From positions 104,360-168,359 of the forward strand of contig JAWKNY010000003.1 in NCBI GenBank assembly GCA_041391485.1: a stretch of 64,000 nt of DNA, given 5' to 3'. A model generated the notes under the pieces. It was given only the letters and a program-made list of their open reading frames with translations. It did not search any database and was not told the origin of the DNA. Numbering within the stretch: the first letter of the stretch is position 1; each line of letters begins with the position of its first letter. The DNA is from Bdellovibrionota bacterium. GTDB lineage: Bacteria > Bdellovibrionota > FAC87 > UBA2466 > JACKAF01. Of the stretch, positions 58,987 through 64,000 are shown piece after piece. The position numbers and the translations under genes were made by a program.

Positions 58987-61734
58987 GTGAAAAGACTCGG
59001 GTTTTATCGCGCCGCGCGAGGGATCGCGGCCTTAGGGCTTCTTTCAAGTTTGCCTGCCTGCCTTTTTTCCCTTTCCATGCAAGAGGACCTCGAATCGCGT
59101 CCTACGCCTGTGTCCGGCGGTTACGTTCTCGACTATGACAACATTCGAAATGACTGTTTGTACGTTGAAGAATCTGAACATCAGTACCGCGTGACCTGTA
59201 GAGCGGTTGCGGCTGATAGCAACGGAAACGAACACGAGCCCATTTCCATAAGTCCCGGCCTGGAATTGCGCTTTGAGGATCCCAATAGGATCTTCGGATC
59301 GGAATATTCTGTAGCAGACTGCGGTGGCGATACGCTGAAGCGCTGCTACCTCATTGACCTCGACGAAGTGGTTTCTACGAAAATTGAGTTTCCTCTCTCG
59401 GTATCCGCTCCCAATCGGGAACCGCGGACAGAAAAAGAAGAAATCCTCATTCCGTACTCTATTCGTACCATTGGGGTGATGCCCGAGTTTCCCGCCCAAT
59501 ACCGAACCATTGCGCAACAAACGGGAACTACCAACACCGATGCGGGCGTGGTGCCTCTTGTACAGCGTGGCTTTGAAAACGTCGCGCTATCAACGGCGAA
59601 TTTCCCGTCGGAGCTGTACGATATCTGTTTCCGTGGCAACGATGCCTACTTGATGGCGGGAAGTGGCGGACAATACGGTGGCTTCATTTACCGAATCGCA
59701 GGGAGTGTGTATTCGGGGCAGCACCGAATTGGGGAACAGGTGAGTCTGTACGCGGGATCGGTGAACATGGGAAACTACACCGAGTACTCGTCCCGCCTTC
59801 GCATCCGCTTCGGTCAGCAGACTCGAATGGCTTGTCACCCCGATGGGCTCTTGATTGTGGACGAAGCCGAGTTGTCCCAGGATTCGATCAATCCCCGACG
59901 CATCCTTTTTGTACGGGACGAAGGTCCCGTTGAACTTTTGGGGTCCGGCGAGGCGGCAAATTTTCCGCAGTTTACACCGTCCGCTCCGGCAACCTTTGAG
60001 CCCATTTTTCCGGTGGTGGGTACTGATAATAAAATTTACGTAGCCGCCTATGTGAATTCTGAAAGGGAGGAAGTCGGTATCTTCCGAATTCTTGGCAAAA
60101 AGAAAATGCAACGTGTGGGAACACTTGGGAACCAACGTACCATCGGATTGTACGCCGGAATTGCGGTCGATCCGACGACACTTTACTTCGCTCAGGACTA
60201 CGGTCGCGAATTTTCTGTTTTGAATACCGCGACCGGTAGCGTAACAAGTCTGCGCTTCACTCAATTTGAAGCCAACGAACCTCCGTTTCATCTCGGCGGT
60301 AGCTTGGCGAAAGATGCTTCGGGGCGCGTTTACGTTGCGTCCCCTTTCACCTCTGACTGTATCTGGCGACTCAATGGAACACAAAGAAGCCATTACATGG
60401 GTAAGTGCAATGAAGGCGGCTACGCCGGCGACGGAGAAAATTTCTCGTCCTCTGCCATCCGATTGCAGATTCGTAAGATGGCGTTTGCTGGAGAGGGATC
60501 GCTCTACATGACTCATGACGGGGCAGAGACAGGCAGTGGCAACATGCGTCGCGTGGATAGGAACGGTAAGCTCACCACCGTTTGGCAGTCCCGTTTTCGC
60601 CCGGTCACAGATGGGGCGAAGGTGAAACCTGCCGAAACAGTTTTCCATAACATTGTAGACGTGGAGTTGGGACCAAACGGAGAAGTCTATTACGCGGTCG
60701 CGTCTTCTCAATATGGTTACAATCGGATTCGTACGAGGATCGCCCCCAATGGAGTGGTCACCACGTTGGCGGGGGCTCAGACCGGTCCTTATGTAGATGG
60801 CCCCGCCTTGGCAGCGCGGATGGATAGACCCCGTTCGCTGCATCTTGCAACCGATGGGAGTTTGTACTTTACCGCTGAGAGCCTGGACTATGTGCGGCGG
60901 TACCATGTCGAAAACGGTCAAGGTATGGTTACGACCGTGGCCGGTCGTTTTGGCGACGGGCGCTACAATGGGTTCAGTGGAGACGGTGGGCCGGCGGTGG
61001 ACGCGCGCTTCTTCAATGTGAGAGATGTAGTCTCCGATGCTAGCGGCAATTTTTACCTGAGCGATTCGGTGAACACGCGGGTCCGCAAGGTCGATACTGA
61101 GGGGATTGTGACGACGGCTATCGGCGGCCCGTGGAACGGCCCTTGTCTGGGCAGCTGCTTGAGCAGCCCCGAAGGTCTCAGTTTGGATGCCGCCGGGCAT
61201 CTCTGGGTAGTGCAAAAGGGCGTTTACTATGCCAGTGGTGGCCACCGACTCTCCCGCTTCGACATGCGAGACCCGTCGAACCCGCAGCTCGTATACTCCG
61301 TAGGAGACGGTACATCGGGCTTTGCAGGGGACGGAGGATCCGCGCAAGCGGCAAAGCTCAATGAACCCACCCGCATCGCGTCCGATAGCACCGGCCGTAT
61401 CTATTTTGTGGATCAGCGAGAGACCCGTGTCCGAGTGTTAGAACCGTCCACCAACGACGATGGCTCTACCGATTACAGCATCTCCACACTTTTCGGCGGA
61501 TCGTCGGCTGTAGATTGCGGTTCGGGAACCATTGAGGGCTTCAGTACGCTTCTCGATCTCAACGAGCGCATCCGCGCGTCACTTTCCGTTATCTGCGTGG
61601 CGATCATTCGAGGGCTTGATGTGACAGATAACTGCGATGCGGACGGCGGTAGTATTCGCATTGCGATCGCTCAGTGGGCGGCTCTTCAAAACCCCACCAG
61701 CAATATTACCCAGATTACGCGCTCCTGCCGTTAG
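58987..61734 (+). CDS. large NHL-repeat (six-bladed beta-propeller) lipoprotein
   Basis: Lipobox LSSLPAC; repeated NHL-like units (RPRSLHLATDGSLYFTAESLDYVRRY; PEGLSLDAAGHLWVV; PTRIASDSTGRIYFVDQRETRVRVL); 915 aa. Confidence 0.6.
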   Translation: MKRLGFYRAARGIAALGLLSSLPACLFSLSMQEDLESRPTPVSGGYVLDYDNIRNDCLYVEESEHQYRVTCRAVAADSNGNEHEPISISPGLELRFEDPNRIFGSEYSVADCGGDTLKRCYLIDLDEVVSTKIEFPLSVSAPNREPRTEKEEILIPYSIRTIGVMPEFPAQYRTIAQQTGTTNTDAGVVPLVQRGFENVALSTANFPSELYDICFRGNDAYLMAGSGGQYGGFIYRIAGSVYSGQHRIGEQVSLYAGSVNMGNYTEYSSRLRIRFGQQTRMACHPDGLLIVDEAELSQDSINPRRILFVRDEGPVELLGSGEAANFPQFTPSAPATFEPIFPVVGTDNKIYVAAYVNSEREEVGIFRILGKKKMQRVGTLGNQRTIGLYAGIAVDPTTLYFAQDYGREFSVLNTATGSVTSLRFTQFEANEPPFHLGGSLAKDASGRVYVASPFTSDCIWRLNGTQRSHYMGKCNEGGYAGDGENFSSSAIRLQIRKMAFAGEGSLYMTHDGAETGSGNMRRVDRNGKLTTVWQSRFRPVTDGAKVKPAETVFHNIVDVELGPNGEVYYAVASSQYGYNRIRTRIAPNGVVTTLAGAQTGPYVDGPALAARMDRPRSLHLATDGSLYFTAESLDYVRRYHVENGQGMVTTVAGRFGDGRYNGFSGDGGPAVDARFFNVRDVVSDASGNFYLSDSVNTRVRKVDTEGIVTTAIGGPWNGPCLGSCLSSPEGLSLDAAGHLWVVQKGVYYASGGHRLSRFDMRDPSNPQLVYSVGDGTSGFAGDGGSAQAAKLNEPTRIASDSTGRIYFVDQRETRVRVLEPSTNDDGSTDYSISTLFGGSSAVDCGSGTIEGFSTLLDLNERIRASLSVICVAIIRGLDVTDNCDADGGSIRIAIAQWAALQNPTSNITQITRSCR

Positions 61735-61750
61735 CCCTTGCAGCCTTAAA

Positions 61751-62149
61751 TTAGTCGAGCGGAAAAACGCAACTGGTGTTGCCGCGGCCGTCTCGTACGC
61801 AGAGTTCGTAAACTGAAATAGAGAGCGTGCGACCGGGCGCTACGTTGGTTCGTACACTAAAATTCCCGCTGTAGCGTCCTCCACTGAGTAGGCTAGGGTT
61901 CTCCACCCAAACTTTTTTGAACTCCCGCTGGTAGCCCGCTTCCAAAGCGATGTTGAGGCCAATGGCGCGGATACCGGATGGATCATTGGCCGCGATCTCA
62001 AGTCCGGCACCAAACTGCACTTCCCAGCACGAAGCGTTTCCTTCTCCGTCCGGGCAAACATTGGCCCAACGGTAAAGAGGTTCGTCAAAGCGAACTTGTG
62101 CCGATTGCTTGTCGAGGGTGGGAGGTGTGCAATCTCCACCGTAAGGCAC
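61751..62149 (-). CDS. hypothetical protein (132 aa), possibly part of a longer frameshifted gene with ORF 61840..62232
   Basis: Mixed composition with 4 Cys; overlapping ORF in another frame upstream; weak. Confidence 0.25.
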   Translation of the reverse strand: MPYGGDCTPPTLDKQSAQVRFDEPLYRWANVCPDGEGNASCWEVQFGAGLEIAANDPSGIRAIGLNIALEAGYQREFKKVWVENPSLLSGGRYSGNFSVRTNVAPGRTLSISVYELCVRDGRGNTSCVFPLD

Positions 62150-62547
62150 AAAGGAACCTGGCAGGTAGCTGTCGGGATTCCTGGAGTGGTCGTAGAATAT
62201 TGGCAGCCGCCTGTCGCGGTTTCAGCACCCACGCCGCGAAGGCCATGAATGTTTGACGAGTAAGGCTAAGTTTGAGTACGTTTTCATCATCCTACCCCCA
62301 GTCGCTACTACTAACTTATTTTTTTTGCCCCCGGTACAGGGCCGCGTCATAGGGGATCGCTGTTCGGGCCGAATTCCCGGTGAACGTTGCGACGCGCGGA
62401 GTCGCAAGAAAGCCGTTGAAGCTTGGGATTTGCAAAGGTAAAAAAAATTGTGGGGGCGTGGGCTATTGATTCCCGCCAAGATTGTACCGAAAAGAATTTA
62501 CGGGCCGAAAAGTTTAAACAGAATTCAGGGGCATCCAGTAAGTCGAA

Positions 62548-62944
62548 ATGATTTTTCAAGGCGTCACTGTTGATCGGGTTCTAAAATCCCTGCTGCCGCG
62601 GGATACGGAGGACCTCGCCATCCTGCGTTTTTTGGTCTATTGCGCTCAGCTCATCCAGCGGGCCGGACACACGGATCTTTCACTCAATCGGGTTGAAGCC
62701 GTCGCTTACCGCGACCCTCAGGTGCCGTCTGTCGAGTTTGATATCCAAAAGTTCATCTCGGGGATGTCGGAAGCCTCCAAGCGCTACTTCTACGGCCTCA
62801 TCGAAGCGGTGGACATCTACCAATCCATTAAAGGCCGGTCCCTGCATTCCGGATTCCTTGGTCGCGGATGATGACCCCACCGTCCACGAGCTACGCCAGA
62901 TCCGAGACATGTGCCTGGACGACGGCCTGCGTTCCGTCTACTAA
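62548..62944 (+). CDS. hypothetical protein, possibly frameshifted (ORFs 62548..62871 and 62693..62944)
   Basis: Two overlapping ORFs in adjacent frames, each with protein-like composition; no family recognised. Confidence 0.25.
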
Positions 62945-63016
62945 TCTCCACCCGCTTTTTCTATTGCGATAGGTGCCTTGACCTCGGCCCCTCCAAAAAG
63001 CTATACGTCAGTGTTT

Positions 63017-63768
63017 ATGGACGAAACTCGTTACCCCTTGGTCGTTATTCCCGCCCGTGGGGGTCGTCCCGCTTCCCCCAAAAGCCGTTGGCCAGAATCA
63101 TGGGAAAACCAATGATTCAGCATGTTTGGGAGGTGGCTGCGGCCTCAAAGCGTGTGGCAAAGGTACTGGTCGCAACCGACGATCGGGCGATTGTTGAAGC
63201 CGTGGAAGCCTTTGGTGGCGAGGCGGTCATGACGTCCGTGGATTTTGAAAGTGGCTCCGACCGTGTGGCCTGGGTGGCGGCACAGTGGGGCGCCCAACCC
63301 GATTCGATTGTGATTAATCTTCAGGGGGATGAGCCCTTGCTTGCCCCGGAAGCCTTGGATGGGTTGGTGCAGGTATTGGAAGAGAATCCGGAAGCGCAGA
63401 TGGCAACTTTGGCCGTGAAAAAGCAGAGCGAAGACGATCTCCACAACCCTAACGTGGTCAAAGTGGTATTGGATCGCGGCGGCGAGGCCCTCTACTTTTC
63501 GAGGGCCCCACTCAAGTCGGGGCCCGACTTCTTTTTTAAGCACATAGGCGTTTATGCTTTCCGGTTCGCAGCGCTGCAGAATTTCTGCCGCCTGGAAAGT
63601 AGCCCGTTGGAGAAAGTAGAACGTCTGGAACAATTGCGTGCTTTGCAGAACGGCTTTACAATTCAGGTCATTCCGATAGCTGAAGATACCGTCGCCGTGG
63701 ACGTTCCCGGAGACGTGGGTTTGGTGGAAGAGGCTCTTAAATTGCGTATTGAGGGGAGACATCCATGA
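63017..63768 (+). pseudogene. kdsB: 3-deoxy-manno-octulosonate cytidylyltransferase (CMP-Kdo synthetase), frameshift in a G5 run at 63059-63063
   Basis: ATG at 63017 gives MDETRYPLVVIPAR; after the G-run the other frame continues GSSRFPQKPLARIMGKPMIQHVWE...VLVATDD...NLQGDEPLL (KdsB motifs); TGA overlaps the pyrG ATG (ATGA). Confidence 0.75.
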
Positions 63769-64000
63769 ACGGCAACGCGAAGTACATTTTTGTGACGGGA
63801 GGCGTACTTTCCTCCTTGGGCAAAGGGCTGACGTCGGCTTCTATTGGCGCGTTGATGGAAAATCGGGGTCTCAAAATCACCCTGATGAAAATGGACCCCT
63901 ACCTCAACATCGATCCCGGGACGATGAATCCCTTCCAGCACGGGGAAGTCTTTGTGACGGACGATGGCGCCGAAACCGATTTGGACTTAGGTCACTATGA
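63765..64000 (+). CDS. pyrG: CTP synthase, 3' partial (runs off window)
   Basis: [78 protein letters not shown] is the canonical PyrG N-terminus; absent from the six-frame ORF list because there is no in-window stop. Confidence 0.85.
   Translation, partial: MNGNAKYIFVTGGVLSSLGKGLTSASIGALMENRGLKITLMKMDPYLNIDPGTMNPFQHGEVFVTDDGAETDLDLGHY

Noticed and set aside
59590-61347. 585-aa ORF on the minus strand
   Set aside because: Antisense shadow of the NHL-repeat gene in a GC-rich region; Arg/Ser/Pro-rich low-complexity translation with no motifs
63749-64000. 83-aa ORF listed at the window end
   Set aside because: Wrong frame; the adjacent frame starting at the ATG 63765 encodes a canonical PyrG N-terminus

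Overview
Bacterial chromosomal window of moderately high GC (about 55-58% by eye); strong antisense shadow ORFs are consistent with this. The organism cannot be identified from the sequence. Layout: (1) 0-9.4 kb: a frameshifted TPR protein, a hypothetical protein, a secreted M14 carboxypeptidase, then a compact peptidoglycan-precursor block murE-murF-mraY-murD closed by a clean rho-independent terminator. (2) 9.5-22.3 kb: a frameshifted Hsp20, wecB-like UDP-GlcNAc 2-epimerase, an acyl-CoA ligase, a GC-rich pair of T2SS-F/TadB-C-like membrane proteins, alpha2-type glycyl-tRNA synthetase, pyruvate phosphate dikinase, and SMC (one frameshift). (3) 22.4-34.6 kb: surface-polysaccharide/capsule locus (LamG-like secreted protein, UDP-sugar 6-dehydrogenase, GT4, tRNA-Pro, M14 peptidase, trmB, Stealth CR1 protein, ICMT-family methyltransferase, Wzc tyrosine autokinase, GT, Wza-like exporter, NAD-epimerase). 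(4) 34.7-41.9 kb: a decaying lipid-type biosynthetic cassette. It holds an alpha-oxoamine synthase pseudogene, a CFA-synthase-like methyltransferase pseudogene, an intact ACP, an intact fatty acyl-AMP ligase, a twice-frameshifted membrane fatty-acid desaturase and a heavily degraded ABC exporter. (5) 41.9-54.5 kb: second glycan locus (O-antigen-ligase-like, GT-A/GT2/GT4 transferases, CYTH protein, decayed Tat-PhoX phosphatase, asnB, MBOAT + SGNH partner, CE4 deacetylase). It ends at a tRNA-Gly(CCC) whose 3' end is followed by 5-6 tandem copies of its own 3'-terminal 22 nt plus a 25-nt spacer. (6) 55-64 kb: small hypothetical/CPXCG proteins, a CHASE2-nucleotidyl-cyclase-PilZ sensor (one frameshift), a 915-aa NHL-repeat lipoprotein, kdsB (frameshift in a G5 run) overlapping the start of pyrG. 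At least 15 genes are interrupted as assembled. Several carry single indels at homopolymers, which may be sequencing/assembly error. Five carry multiple lesions and look like genuine pseudogenes. No CRISPR, integrase, transposase or restriction/defence genes were recognised.
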